From Raillietiella orientalis (lineage: Eukaryota): a stretch of 64,000 bases of DNA. The stretch's first letter is position 1; each line of letters starts with the position of its first letter. This document shows, in pieces, positions 1 through 13,505 of the stretch. Location: positions 2,294,001-2,358,000 of the forward strand of contig JAYWIR010000028.1 of NCBI GenBank assembly GCA_036172245.1, read 5' to 3'. The notes under the pieces were generated by a model, which was given only the letters and a program-made list of their open reading frames with translations, was not told where the DNA came from and made no database searches. The position numbers and the translations under genes are program-made.

Positions 1-19
1 GCTCTGAAATGGGAAAAGT

Positions 20-500
20 CCGTTTTTTGCAAAGTCTTAACGTCAGCCCATTTGCTAAGGTACCGCTTCTTATCCAGGGTCAGCTCACTCATCTCGTTGG
101 AAACATCCTGCGACACTTTGACGTGTGCCCAGTCCTTCTTGTGGACACTGCATGTCTCTTTAGTAGCAATCCTCTGACGACACTGAGAGTGCCTCCTGCA
201 GCTTCCTCCCTGCCGGATGGCTTTTCCTTCCACCGGTCTTCCATTTTTCGACATGACCTGTTCATCCGTTTCCCGTTTCTTTTCTGGGTACGGCGGAATA
301 TCTTCGCTCCGAGAGTGCTGTGGGTCCAAGGTGGAGCGCACTGGGCATGGTACAGACTCATCCTCCTGCTATCTCGTCCAGCGAGCGATTGGCTCTCGTT
401 GGAGTCAGACGACAACAAAGAACTCGTCCCGCGCCTTTTCCTCCTTGCCAACAACGCGTCCAACGGAGCCTGCATCTTCTCGAGCAGTGACGAAACGCCG
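20..500 (-). mobile_element. Decayed RTE-type AP-endonuclease fragment
   Basis: HGVSSLLEK, MSLYHAQCAPP (cf. IIQCYAPT) and ANGLTLRLC (cf. N.NG..L..C), in order on the minus strand. Confidence 0.4.
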
Positions 501-3500
501 TGGTCGAAGGCAGACCTCTTGCGCAAACAGCCCAATTTAGGATGTGCTCCCTAGCCCTTGCACCACTCTGTGAACCAGGACTCTCCTCAGCAGACCTTCG
601 ACAACTCCTTTTTCCCACTACAGGCTGGAATGCCTCTCCTCCCGAACATGGAAAAGCGCATTTCGTGTAATACTCCCGGATTAAGGGAGCATTCCCTAGC
701 GCAGTGAGAACGGGATTCGACGAAGCACAAGGCGGGAGAGGGGCTGTCGCGGGTTTCCGCACCAATTTTCTCCTCCCTCATTGGCAGCTGTTCCAGGATA
801 CGACGGGAAGAACACGGACCGCCGGAAAGTGCCTCCTCCTCTGAATGCAGTGGGAACCGCTTCTTGCGGCATCTGCTGTCCCAACTGCTCCGTCCGACTG
901 ATGACGCAGACGGTGCTCCAACACGGGCCGTGCTGTACTCTGCAACGCACCGCCTTGCGTCTCGTGCATGCGTGAAAAGGGATCTTTCGGGTTTTTCATG
1001 GCATGCCAGGACTTCAGACGACCTCCTGCCAGCGCTCCCACCGATGCTTCCTTGGCCTTCTCTCCGGAGTGAAAGGGGGTGGCGGCTCGCAGTGGCAAAC
1101 AACGAGGACGCTCGACTTTTTCTTCCGGAGGACCTGGCAAGCTGACTGAGAACCAGATTCGACCCCGGGTGTTAGCTGCATGCAACCCACCACCTGCCAC
1201 TGCTTTGCCTCCTCGATGTGGCTCACGAGACCACCATGCCTCCTGGTGGTGAGATCGGAATTTCGCATGCGATGATCGAGAAGGCACTGCAGCGTCTCAT
1301 CCCGCACCGCGAACCTTCTGCGCGAGTGGTCGACACCTAGCGAGCGCCTCCCGTGCGACAAGTAGAGCGGAGCCGCACGTGGCGAAGCGATGGCCGGAAG
1401 CACCTCAGGTTCTTCGGTAAGCTCCTCGGCGCAGGAGCCATGGAGAGAGGAATGGTCGTTCCGGCTTTCAACAAGGGCGTGCCGAGGCTCGCCGCTCTGG
1501 ACGAATGCTGGAGGAGGGTTTACGTCTCATGGCTTGGCGGAAGGTAAAACCGACAACTCCTGTTCGGATTTCCACTGCGTCTGCGCGCGCGCGGAGGACT
1601 CCTGTTGACCTACCATCGGGGTGCTGTGGACGCAGCCTCTCTGAAAGGCGAACTTCTCCAGGTCCGTCGGTTAGGACTAAAGCCCTTTGGCTGCCGCAGC
1701 ACGCAGTGTTCTCTTGGAAAGCTCCGCGACGGTTTGGTCCGGAGATGTTCGCAGCTTAAAACGGCTAAGATGTCGGTTTCTTCAGGTAGGAGAGTTCCAA
1801 AGCAGCAATCTGCTTCCAGATGGATTGTTTTCTCAACAACGAACGAAGCTAGAAGAGTACCATTCTTTCTATAAGAGTCCAGAGTCTGAAATCGATTCAG
1901 GGATGCATCCATGCGGCACGGTTAGACCTTATTCCTGAGACAGCATCGGTCTTCCGAGGAACATCCTGATCGCTTGTGCACGAGGAAAGATGGGAAGAAT
2001 CGTATGGTCCTTAGCAGATACGATAGCAACCAGATCGTGATTACGGAGATACTCGATAAAATGCCAGCGCACCTCAAGAGGGTTAGCGAGAAACGTTGGG
2101 AACAGATGACCTGAATTCCGGGAGTGAACGTAACCACTAAAGCCGGAGCCAACACTCCAGAGACAAGTTAAAATTCTCATGTTGAGTATCGCTTTCCTCT
2201 GCGAATCTTATGAAGCAGTACTGGAAGAGACAATGTGGAAGAGGGAGAGCCAACATCCATGACGGCCTCTCAAGTTCGCTTTCAGTGAGTTTCTCACCAT
2301 TCTAAGACCAATCTGGCAAAACTCTGGATCAAAGGATCCCACGAGGACTGAAGCAGTGCAGGGTCTGAATATTCTGAAGAGACAAAAGGGTAATGGGAGG
2401 TGGAGGTCTCCGGATAGCCTATTCTAGGAACCGACTCGAAGCCAAAGCCGGACTTAGTGCTCCAGAAAGAAGGGAAATGAAGGTCGCTGGGACCTGTGAA
2501 TATTCAGCAATGTCCTGGAAGAGACATAGCAGCCAAAATAAAGAATCTGCTCTGCGTCCCTCCTCCAAGGAAGTTTCCGCTATCCTAAGAGCAATCCTGG
2601 TAAAAACTCTGGGATATTGGAAACGGTGAGGTGTTGGAAGATTTGAGACTCCCAAAGAAGCTGGTGGAGTACACGTCAGACAGAAAATCGTGTGCTCGCA
2701 CGTACAGCACTTCCGCGAAGTTAACTGGGAACATGGAATGGGTCACTGCCCCTGGTGAAAGAACTTCCAAAAATCACAAGGGTCAAAGAGAAGAAACAGG
2801 CAAAGATGATAGAAGAGGATGGCCCATCCTCATGTTCATGTTTTCTTTTTCAACATAGGTGTAATCAACAAAGTTTCGAATCAAATTACGCGCTGGTGAA
2901 AAGGAATATCTCTGGAACTTTTTCAAGAAGATTCCGCAGTCAAAAGGGCCCTCCGCATCGGCTGCTGCTGCCTGTTCTGGTCGAGGTACGAATTCCCCTT
3001 GCTGAAGAGTATTCTTCTCTTTCTGCTTTTGGTGGCACCGAACGGATAGGAAAAGAGTCCCTCTTGCACAGCTGTTTCAGCTTTGTCGCGCTGCAAACAG
3101 AGACCATAGACCCCCTCTCTACGCATTCTCCCGGTGATCGAGCTTTCTCATGGTGCTTCCTGACTGCCTTCTCACCCTCTTCAGACTCGGCACCGGACCA
3201 CACTTTATCCCAGGATGCCAACAAAAAAAGAAAGCGAAAATCCGGATTAATTGCTCCCATGGAACTCCTGTCGATAGGAAACTCCTATGCAAGGGTCTCC
3301 AGGAATACCTCGCGGCAGAGGGCAAACCAGTGTTGCCAACGTCCTTCACAAGGGAAGTGTGTTGCTTACAAGACAATGGGAGCCAATGGAATTTTAATCT
3401 AAGGGATTTTCTGGACCATCCACAGAGGGTCTTAATGCCGCGTGTCCGTTTCAGAAACAGATGCCACAGCAGACCACAGTTTGATGGTACCAAGAGCTCC

Positions 3501-5814
3501 ATTTTCTTTTTTTAAATTCAAAATCTTTGAGAGCTAATTTAAATTTTTTTTTTTTCATCTAAGTTATATGAGCGCTTCTCTATTCCCCCAGTACAACTGC
3601 TGACTGAGTCCCCTCTCACAGATGCTTAGTGCTGAGGTCGGGCTCCCAGAAAAAATGAACAAAAGGGACGAAGAAGGAAGTTTCTTTTGTTGAGCAACAA
3701 CCTCATTTATAGAACCTTATTTAGTGAATCAGGACATTTTTGGAAGGGAGGCAGGGAGATTAGGACCGGAGACAAAACCGTGGAGACCACATGGCAACCG
3801 TTGACATTGGAAACCACCGTCATTTCTCAAGTGGGTTCGATTTTCCAAGGAGACCCGCAAAAATTAGGTTCCCTGAAATGGAACTCTGGACAGACGAGGA
3901 AAAAAAAAAAAACCCTCTTTGGGCGCCACCCCGGGCATGAGCGCGCCTCCCACGCCGAAAGCTTCTGGAGGGAGTTGCGTGCTGAACTTCGCCGCTTCGA
4001 TCAAAGCCCCACGATTGGGCACCAAAAGCCTCTCCTCCAGCCGACCGCGAACCCATCCACTCTCTCCCTTTCTTCGCCAGTTTGGCCTCATGCGAAGCGA
4101 AAGTGAGGAAGCTGATCTTGGTTGCATCTTTTCCGTTGACGGTGCCTCAGATCTCCCCCAGCAACGGGAAAGACATGAAAAAGAAAAAAGAAACAGCGGC
4201 GATCGGAAGAGTTTTCTCTTCGAGTCGAGAGCCCTGGACCTCGCTTGAGGAAGCTCCCCAGGGAATTGCTTCCTAGTCCGAGTTTAGGGACGTTCAGAGG
4301 TGTCAAACCAAGGAGCATACCCACAGGAAAGGCTCCCAGCGGTGGTCTGGGGATCGAGGAGCAAAGAAAGCGCCCTTCATCGTCAGCGTGCCCGTCCCGA
4401 GCTTGGCCGTTCCTGGCCGGGCAAGGGCGGCATCCCGATGGGAGAGAAACTGGCCGAGAGCTTCTAGATGTTGCGGCTCTTGTGCGACAACGCTTCCTCG
4501 GGAAGTTGAGCACCTGAGATATCTCCAGACAGAAGCGCGGAAGCCACGTAGCGGGAGGCCCGGCACTCAAAACACGGCGGGAAGAAACCCTTAGTGGAAC
4601 GCCGATGATGGGCGTCTGGGAAGACGGCTTGCTACAAGAAGGGATCCCCACCTGCATCGGCAGCGATCTTCCGGGAGACTTTTGGGAGCACGCAGGCGAC
4701 ACCCCTCCGAGGGGACTCGGACTGCGCCTCCTCCCATTTCTCTGTTCCTCTCTCCTCCTCCTCTTCGTGCACGGAAACAGCTCGCCGCAGGGTGTCTTCC
4801 CGCGGCGACGCTCGAGTCCCAGCTTCATCATCCCCCCGACGAAGTCCGAGGTGCATTGCACCTTCTGCGAGGAGAGTGCGCGCGTACAGCTCCGCGCGAG
4901 ACAGTAGCAGCCCTTCGACCACGCGCCGAAAGCACCACGGCTTGGCGCTCCTCACCGGCAGCAGAGTCTGTGGGTGGGGTTTCCTCCAACCTTGTTTGAC
5001 TTCGATCCTAGGGAAGGAAACGAGTGGTGGGGAACGCTCCCAGGATATAGGAGACGGGAGTCTACGGTGCCGGCAACAGCAGGAGCAGCTCCGGTGCCAG
5101 GGGACGCGGACCCCTATCTTCCGCCTCGCCCCTCTCCAAGCGTTTGGAAGACCCGCTGAGTCGCCCCAGCTGCACTTGCCTACTGCACTCCAGAGCCGCA
5201 TCCCATCCGGCTCGGGAGGCTAAGCACCCCACGGGTACCGTGGGGCTCATCTTTCGCAACAGTGGAGCTCCCAGTGGGACGAAGGAGGGAGAGGTGCGCT
5301 CGGATCTACTGCCGCTGCAAGCGCTCCCCAAGAGGTGCACGATCTCTCCCCTGTTTCGTTCCCATGGAAATCCGCCCACTCCCTCTGGTGCGGGGGAATC
5401 CTCTCCTGAAAGAAAAGCGTCCTCCGCCGCTCCCTTTCTCCAGGTGTTCCGGACGTCCGCTCCTCGCTTTCTTCCTGCTCCTGACCAGCGGTCCGCTCCC
5501 AACGGGAATCCAAGAGGAGGAACAAGACCATCGGGGAATTCCTTTTCCCTCTTTTCCTTGCAGGGTTGCTGTCGCTACCTTCCCCTCCACCACCCGAAGC
5601 ATTGGGAGCTATCCCACTCGCGATCTTTGCCTGCTAAGGCCGACAGCGCCCTAGAAGCCTTCCTGCCAGGATGCGACCACACCCGTAGATCTCGGACTTT
5701 TAGGTCGGTGAGCTCCCTCAGGACAAGAATGTGACCCCAGATGTCAAGGGCCTTGAGCCCCAGTTGGCGATCGTATCCGAGGCGCAGAGGAAGGACGTAG
5801 TCCAATCAATAGCG

Positions 5815-6130
5815 CGCTTCCTCCCCGTCTTCCTCCTCCATGCCATTCTCCCAATTCATCCTCCTCCCTTCCTTCATCTCCTCCCCTTCCACATCCTCCT
5901 CCATATTCACCCTTTTTTTCTGCACATCCTCATCATTCTCCTCCTTCTTTTCTTTTCTCCTCCTTTTCCATATTCGTCCTCCTTCACTCCGCATCTTCTG
6001 CATTACCCTCCTTTTCTCCTTGTTTTCTTTGTCCCCAATTTTTACTTCTCCTCTCTTCCCTATTCTTAGAGTTCTCTCTCACCCCCATCCTCTTCTAAAC
6101 CCCACTCCTCCCATGCTACATCATCCTTGA
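5815..6130. repeat. Pyrimidine-rich low-complexity tract (TCC/CTT/CAT-like)
   Basis: About 310 bp dominated by C/T with very few G on the + strand. Confidence 0.9.
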
Positions 6131-6668
6131 AACAGCACATCTCGCGAGGATCTTTCTTCCTCATCTAATTATGGCGCTCATCAAACTCTCTCAACCGCTT
6201 TCTTCTCCTTTCAAATTAGATTTTTCATACTTAATCAATGGTTGCCAGAGCGCGCTCGCGCAGGTGCATCCTCTACGATGGGAATTCATCCACCTCTCTT
6301 CCCCTCCCCTCTTCTGTTCCCAGAGCTCCCGCGGCGAGCGGAGCTGTTTTGTCGCCACGCGCCCGACGACGGGGAGCGTTCCAGAAACACCGCGACGAAC
6401 GGGACTTTTCCTCCTCCTTCCGCATTTCCTCCGAGCCAGTTCTGCCGACGCTCCATTCCGAGAGGTCCCGACCTCGCAGACGCAGACGACCAGGCCCAGC
6501 GGCCGAAGATTTGTGCGATCCCGGCGCGGCGCAGGCAGGCGCGGGGAGGAGAGGGCCCGAGGGGGTGTTGCCGGTCGCCGAGCCCACCTCGTAAATCTTC
6601 CCACGGGGCTCTATCCGCGCCTGTGCCACGTGTTTGCTCCATAGGAACCGGTCGCAGCTTCCCACTCG

Positions 6669-6814
6669 GAGACCGAATCTCACCCTGAGTCCGCTCAGTC
6701 CCTTGGCAACGCGGAGCGCATGCCGAGAGCGCTCCCTACCGTTCCGCCTCTAGGTCTCCTCCCCTGCCCCGTCGACCGGGCAACTTCGAACAGCCACCGA
6801 GCTCCGGAGATTCC
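6669..6814 (+). repeat. 146-bp direct repeat, copy 1
   Basis: Ungapped match to 8289-8434 (offset 1620) with 6 mismatches by manual count. Confidence 0.95.
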
Positions 6815-8288
6815 CGATTCTCGATCGATGGCTCAGGAGGATGCCAACGGCGTGTGGGAGGGCGCAGCAGCGGCTCCGCACACATTGCGAGGAGCCGCTG
6901 CCGAGCGAAAAGCGTCCACGGGGCGAAAAGCGTCCACTCTCTGGGGTCTTCAATTGGACCGGGAACTCGATGGCCTCGCAGTGACCCTTGTGTTCCTCCC
7001 CGGTTCCACATTCCCGGGGATCGGACCTCCGGACGCGCCCCCGGCGAGGCACCGGTCGCCCTCGCGAACAAGCCAGACAGCTCGGAAAGACGTGCGCGCA
7101 CGCGCAAAGAAAGAAACGGGCGGGGCACGAATGGCTTCGCCTTCCCAGATTGAGATCGCAGCACCACGCAATCTGCGCAGCATCCGAGCTACTTGCCTTC
7201 TTCAGGGACAGACAAAGGGCGAGGCACTTTTTTATCGCGGATCTCCCGCGTCCTATAAAGGGGCAAACAGACCGGGCTGGATGATACGAAGAACAAGGAG
7301 AGATAAAGGGCGCTGGAGGAAGGGGTGATGCCTCAGGGTGAGCTTTCCCTCGAGGTGACTGACAGGAGACCGGGAACCCGGCGTGGACGTGAGGGATCGG
7401 GGAGGAATGTGCTCAGCGAGCACCCCGGAGCGGGACGGTTGCGAGAGTGCCCGCGGTGGCAGGCGGGTCTGTCTCCATGGCAGCGGGCGGGATTCCCAGA
7501 GATTTCAGGTTGCGACCCGCCTGCTTTACTCCCCTGAAGCAAAGGCACGCGTCGTGGACCAGGTCGTCCCGAGCGTCCGCACCCTCTCGCCTGAAGCGGA
7601 AAGTTTCTGGGTGAACTCTTGGGCGCCCTTCTTGCGGACCGACCTTGGCGGAGGGCGTCGGTGCCGGCGGAAGGGGAGCACCACGCTCTCCTCCTTTCGG
7701 TCCCGCCGGCCACACCGGCGTGCTGCAGGCCACCGACTGATAAATGGTCATCTTCCTGCCTGCCGACCGGATGCTTCCCGCGGCTGCATGGACGCCGACG
7801 AGGGGGAGGCGCCCCGGTTCTGACTCGCGTCCAGCGGCGAGAGCGCCTCCCGCGCCCACGCTATGTGGCGGGGCTCATTTCCAGGCAGACCGGGATGGAG
7901 AGATTTGTGGTAGCAGCCGGGCGAGTCCATTCCCGAGTGAGGAGCTCTCGGTGAGCTTCTTCATCGGATCTACAATTCCTACCCCTCCTACCAGAGGATC
8001 GATCCCAGTAGTAGTCATCGCTGGGACCTCACGGCGAGCGTTCCCGGTCAGACGCAGAGCGGCATCCTTGCCTGAGACTAAACACCTCTCTCCTCAGGGA
8101 TGTGGCTTGAGATGCCGAACAGGAGCACCGCTTTTCCACTGCTCCTGACCAACGAATTCCCTCCCCACCCTTTCTCGGTCGCCTACAGCGCGGCTTGCGA
8201 GTCGGGAGAACTCGGACGGGGTGCGAAGGCGTCTCTCGTTCGTGATCCTGCAAAAACACACGGAAAGGCGCCTCCCCCAAGACACCCA

Positions 8289-8434
8289 GAGACCGAATCT
8301 CTCCCTGAGTCCGCTCAGCCCCTTGGCAACGCGGAGCGCATGCCGAGAGCGCGCCCTACCGTTCCGCCGCTGGGTCTCCTCCCCTGCCCCGTCGACCGGG
8401 CAACTTCGAACAGCCGCCGAGCTCCGGAGATTCC
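8289..8434 (+). repeat. 146-bp direct repeat, copy 2
   Basis: Ungapped match to 6669-6814. Confidence 0.95.
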
Positions 8435-11400
8435 AGATGCGACTCGGTGCAGAAGGGGTGGAGGGGGTCTTTGCCCTGTCGGTGGCTGTGCCACCGCCAC
8501 CCCATCTCGGAGATTCGCGCGCTGGGAGGCGCATCCGGGGAGACGGGTTCCCTCTCCTCCCCCTGCGGCCGAGGAAAGCCACAAGTTCATCTCCAGCTGC
8601 TCCTGAGCGTACACCTTCCCTCTCCGCGCGAGAGCGCGAAAATAGAAGGGAGAGGAGAAAGAAGAGAGGGAGGGAGGGGGGATACACACACGCACACACC
8701 AAAAACCCCCACCCTTGGATACTCGGAAAGGATGCGTCCTCCTGCCACTCATCTGCCCGCGCGGCCACATGTGCGCAGTCAATTTGGGAACGCGCGCGCG
8801 CACCTGTACATGCATATTCATACTTACGTGCAATTACGAATGCACGGGAGTTGAGATCGCGATGTACAAATGCGCGTGGATCCCATAATTGGACACCGGG
8901 ATCCCGTCGCCGCGAACACACCGCGCGCCCGCGAATACCGGAGATCCCAATATGGCGGGAAACCACGCGTCGCTCCCGCACCGAGAGCGTGCCCTGCGTC
9001 ACCTCCCGAATGGCATCCGCGCTCGCAGCGTGCAAGCGCGCACCGCACGCGCGCGGATGCGTAATGAAAGCGGCGTTCGCCGCGGCCGAGAGCGCGCGCG
9101 CGAGGACCGCGTGCGCACGCGGTGGTGCGGGTTTTTCCCGGCTCGCCTGCCTTTCGCTCGGCGGCCGAGGGGAGGAGTAGAGTGAATGATGAAGGGGGAG
9201 GGGGAGAGAGTGGTTTCTGCAGTGCCCCTCGAGGGTGAAGGATCGAGAGGTACCCCCCTTCACCCTCGTCGCTGCTCCGCTTCCGGTCACAGTCACCCTG
9301 CCAAATGCGGGAGGCTCCCCTCCCCAGCCGAAGCACCGCCGACCCAAGAGGGAGGGGGGTCGGTTGGAGCGTGCAGTACCTCCCTGGGGACTCCCCACCG
9401 CAGCCTTCCGCATCTCCAGCCGGAGATCGGAATTACCCGCGGACGCGGCGCTGCCGCTCGTGCCTCCCTCCCCACGAAGTGTGGGGCTGCGTCGCTCCAT
9501 TTCTGAGGCGCGCGTGTGCGGCAGCAGCGCACACTCGCAGTCCGCCCGGCCGCTCCGCGTGACCTTGGTTTCATTCCGTCCGCGTCCGCAGGTTTCTCTC
9601 CCGCGCTTCCCCCTGTGATTTCGGGCCAAATTCAGCTTGCCCGGGAGCGTTTTGTCTTAGCGGCTCCAGACATGACGGCCCGCTCTCGTTTCGTGACGCG
9701 ATGGGTGCTCGCGCGCCTGTCGGGGGATCGGCGAGGACGAAATGCCTGGCGCTCCCTCCGAAAGACGAGCGACGTTGGCAGGGAGCGACTCAGAGACGAC
9801 GACGCTCCGCATCATCGGAGGAATCACTCATTTTCAAAGCATCGTTATCGTCGTCAGGGACGAAATAAATAATGTCTACATAGAATAAATACTGCAGCTG
9901 CTTTTTTCTTCCGGCGCCGACTCTAAGATACCGCAGTGGTTCCTTCCCGGGGCAGGAGAAGCGGACCTTTCTTCAACAAAACTTTTCGCTGGGGAATGCC
10001 CCGGCAGCCGGAGAAGAGAAAAGTAGAGCGAAGTGGACGAACTCGAGAGCTCTTCCAGCAAACTCAGGTGCGCCACCACGCCTTTGCTGCTGCTCGCTCT
10101 TGGTGACAGGATGCTCTTCCTCGGTTTCCCAGGCTCCACTTTCACAGCCGGTGGGGGAACCCCCAAGGTTCCTCGATTCCCGGGAGGACCCACGACAGTC
10201 AGCTCACGATCCTGGCCAGTCAACAGGAACCTCCGGCTTCCATCAGCGCCACACCCGAAGCCCGTGAGCCAGCCAGCGTCATCCTGCATGGGGAGCCCAA
10301 AACCCGAGACGCATCTACCGTCGATCCTCCATTCGAACCTGCAACGCTTGGCACCGGCCCGGGCTACGAATCCGCCGAACCGCATTCAAAGGCACGGAGC
10401 CCTTCCTCACATCCAGCATCCAGATCTCCAGAATCCTTCAAGGAGATTTTTTCTCCTGCCACCAAGTGCCGGCTCCAGGGGTCGGCGGCTCCAGGGAACC
10501 ATCCCTCCTCTCCTTGAAACCTGCCTGCGGCAGCAGAGCTAAGGAGGACAGGGACGTCCCGACCCGACCCTCTGGAGTGGAGTTGACGCCGCCCACCTTC
10601 AGGGCCAGCCAGCTGCTTTGGTGGATTCGCATCCCCGCGGCTGCAGACAGCATCTCTCACGGGATGCCACAGGAGGCGCATCGGACGCGCCGTAACCCAA
10701 CGCTTGGCTCAATCCAAAGGGCTGGTTCCGCTTGCCAGCATGGGCCCACCAAGAGCTCACGCATCCGGCAGCCCCGGGCCCTAGCGTTCGTGCGAACCGA
10801 ACCTGCAATTGGGCCTCTTTGACCACTCCCCTTCCTATTTCCGCTTCGACGGCCGCCAGTCATCATGAGGGAAAAAAGCCCCAGCCGCTGGAAAGTTCGA
10901 TCCGTTTTCGCCCCCACCCACGCATCCCCCTCATCGGTCAACCCCCGGGGTTTCCCCACGGTTTCATCCTGACCGGTTTCGCTTCACCGCTCGTCTTCTT
11001 CCGTGGAGATGCGCACGGGCAGATGGATAGCTGCCGCTACTTCGAGGCTCTTGAATTCGCGCGTCTCGGTGGTTCCGGAGTCCAAGAGCGGCGAACAATC
11101 TTCTTTGCAGCGCTACCTCGCCAAGGAAGGTCGGCATCTCTAAGGATTTTGCTCCTGGCTCTCTTTCAAACCAGGGCCTCCCCCACCCCCTCTCGCTTCC
11201 CCGCTCCTCAGAAGAGGCTCCCTACAACAAGCGGGTCTGTGGTTCAGAGCTCTGCCTCCGCCCACGATTGAAATTTTGCCCACGGGGAGCGAGCATCCTT
11301 CATGGCAACCTTGCCCCTGAGTCTAGAACACCGCGTCTCTGCACACAGACGGAGTGGCTTCGGAGCAGCCCGACGTCCTGGCGGAGTCTCCGAGGACCGT

Positions 11401-12907
11401 GAAAGGTGCCTGATGGGAGCCCTCAAAGAGCAGCGAATCCCTTTTGCCGCGCCCCACACGTCCTTCCACACGAGTACTGGAGAACTCAAAGGCTGCACTG
11501 CTGGGGGAACGAGGCTGCCGCACTCGAAAGACGCTGGTGCTGCTGTTCGTACGGCGAGCCGGAGTCAGTGAAGCAACCAGATCTGAGTGGTGGGATTGGC
11601 ATGGCGCCCGAAGACCAGTCCATCCCTTCCGCCTGCGCTGCGCCTTCCGGAACCGCGGATGTGGCGGAGGTCGCATGTCCGGGAGGGAAGGGGGGAACGG
11701 AGCAAGGGAAGGTGATGCAGCCTCGCACGCCCAGCTCCAGATCGGGAAGCCTCGCCTCCCCCTAACACGAGGCACGATGGCGACCGGTGCGCGCGCCTTA
11801 TCGATCGCGCGCGTCAGTGCTGCCAATGCACCCTCCTGTTTCCGCGTCTTGATTTTTCCATGATCTTGATTTCTCTTCAGGTTCCCTGCTCCCGAAACCA
11901 ATAATTTCGCTGATAACACGCTTCTTCTGGGAGCAGGGGAGGGGAGACAGAGAGGAAAAAAAAATATTCAAAGCTCTGAACTCGCCATTTGCATCTCGGG
12001 AAAATTTTATGACCCACGTTCTCCAGTGTTTATCTTGGAGGCATAACTTGCAGCGTGACTAACTGATAATAATAATCACTTCCAAATCTCTAATAGTCGT
12101 TTATAAAGGACGAAAGGAAAAAAAAAAAAAAAAAGAAGCGTGTTGCAGAATCTGCAGCGTGCATCTACAATGTAGAGATATTTGCCGGAGGCAAATTGCA
12201 CGTTCGGCGAGAAACCGATCTTGTGACCGCTGTGCAGTTAAGGGTGGCTTCTTTGTCTAGCAGGGAGAAAGCGCTCGGTCCCCGGGACGTTTCGGTGACC
12301 CAGCCTTGGACCCGCCCCGGAACTCGGTTCCCGTGGTTACACGCCGAAGTCTCCGCGTAACTCCTGCGTCGGGAAGTGGGCCGGCTTTCCCCTCTTCACT
12401 CCGGCGAGGGCCACGGAACCCGGGTCTTCCGCGGTCGACACGTGCGGTTTCGCTCTCCTCTAAAGGAGAGCCTTCCGAAACTCATTTGAACCGCGTGCCC
12501 GCGTCTCGATGACTTCGTGTTCGCTTCTGGGTCGTCAGTTGGCCATTAGAGGTTGTTCGTGAGCTTCGCCTGCTCTGGCGCCGTGAACGACGGTCGTCCT
12601 CGACGGTGAAAGCAAATCGGAAGAGGAGAAGAACCGATCTCATTCCGGGGAAAGGGGAACGAGTCATCGCACGTGACGTGTGCCGCCCACACGCCGGAAG
12701 CTTAACGGCAGAGTCCAGGAAGACTCGCGGGAGAGAAAATGGAATGAGCCGGAACGGCGCACTCTCCCCTTTAGGAGGAGGAGCCTAGGAGTCAGCTGGC
12801 ACGATTGCCACCAGCTCCTCGGGATTTGGGGATCCCGAGGTGGTCGCTTTTTGCGGAGGGACAGGCATATGCAAGAGCTGGAAGGAACGGTTCCAGTCAC
12901 GCCCCTT

Positions 12908-13505
12908 TGGCGGCCGTATGGATGCTTTCTCAGCTCGTGGTACCGAGCGTCGTGGGTTCGAATCCCGCAGGAGGAAGAATCGATCCGGGAAATAGATGCA
13001 TCGTGGATTTCGATTCTCCCCCTGCATGATGACGCTGGCTGACCTGCAGACTGCGGGTGAGGCACCACTGGAATTCGGATGCCCTTGTTGACTTGCCGGG
13101 ACTGGAAGCTGACCCTCCAGGGTCCGTCCAAGAATCAAGAAGCTCTTCGATATTCCCTTGTGGTTGTGAAAATGGAGCCGTCCTCCCTCCCTCCTCTGGG
13201 AGAACCTTCCATCGCGTATCATGAAGCTGGTTGATGTCTCTCCAGAGTGTAAGGAGCGCGCTGTTCCCTTCGGGTAGCGCCCTTCAGTGAAATTGGGAAA
13301 CGTCCCTTCGAGGTTCTCATCAGAAGAAGAAGCAAGGAGCGGTTCCCTTGCAGGTGCCCTCCGGAGAACAAATTGCAGCAGGAGCCCCTTTCAAGGGAAT
13401 AAGGAAGAGAATCCCCCTTTGGGGTTCTCCTACGAAGCATGAGAGAAGCTGACTCCTTCTTCCGGAGCCTTCCTGGATTCATAGGGTGATCCCCCTGGAG
13501 CTTCA
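12908..13505 (+). mobile_element. tRNA-headed SINE-like element, copy A (head + body)
   Basis: B-box/T-arm gtggGTTCGAATCCcgc at about 12952-12968. The body (aaaatggagcc..gctggttgatg..ctccagagtg..aaggagcggttccc..gccttcctggattc..agggtg) is shared with three other loci in the window. Confidence 0.65.

Noticed and set aside
3150..3515. LFRLGTG resembling the LINE C-terminal RLRTGH motif
   Set aside because: Single short motif without the downstream Cys/His pattern.
5731..6130. Hydrophobic or Glu/Lys-rich ORFs (membrane-protein-like)
   Set aside because: Translations of a low-complexity tract.
8094..9629. 511-aa minus-strand ORF (longest in the window)
   Set aside because: Arg/Ala/Gly/Ser-rich with no recognisable domain. 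It runs through a repeat copy and low-complexity tracts, as expected for stop-poor GC-rich DNA.
12908..12975. Functional tRNA gene
   Set aside because: Only the T-arm/B-box is intact, with no acceptor, D or anticodon stems. It is better explained as a SINE head.
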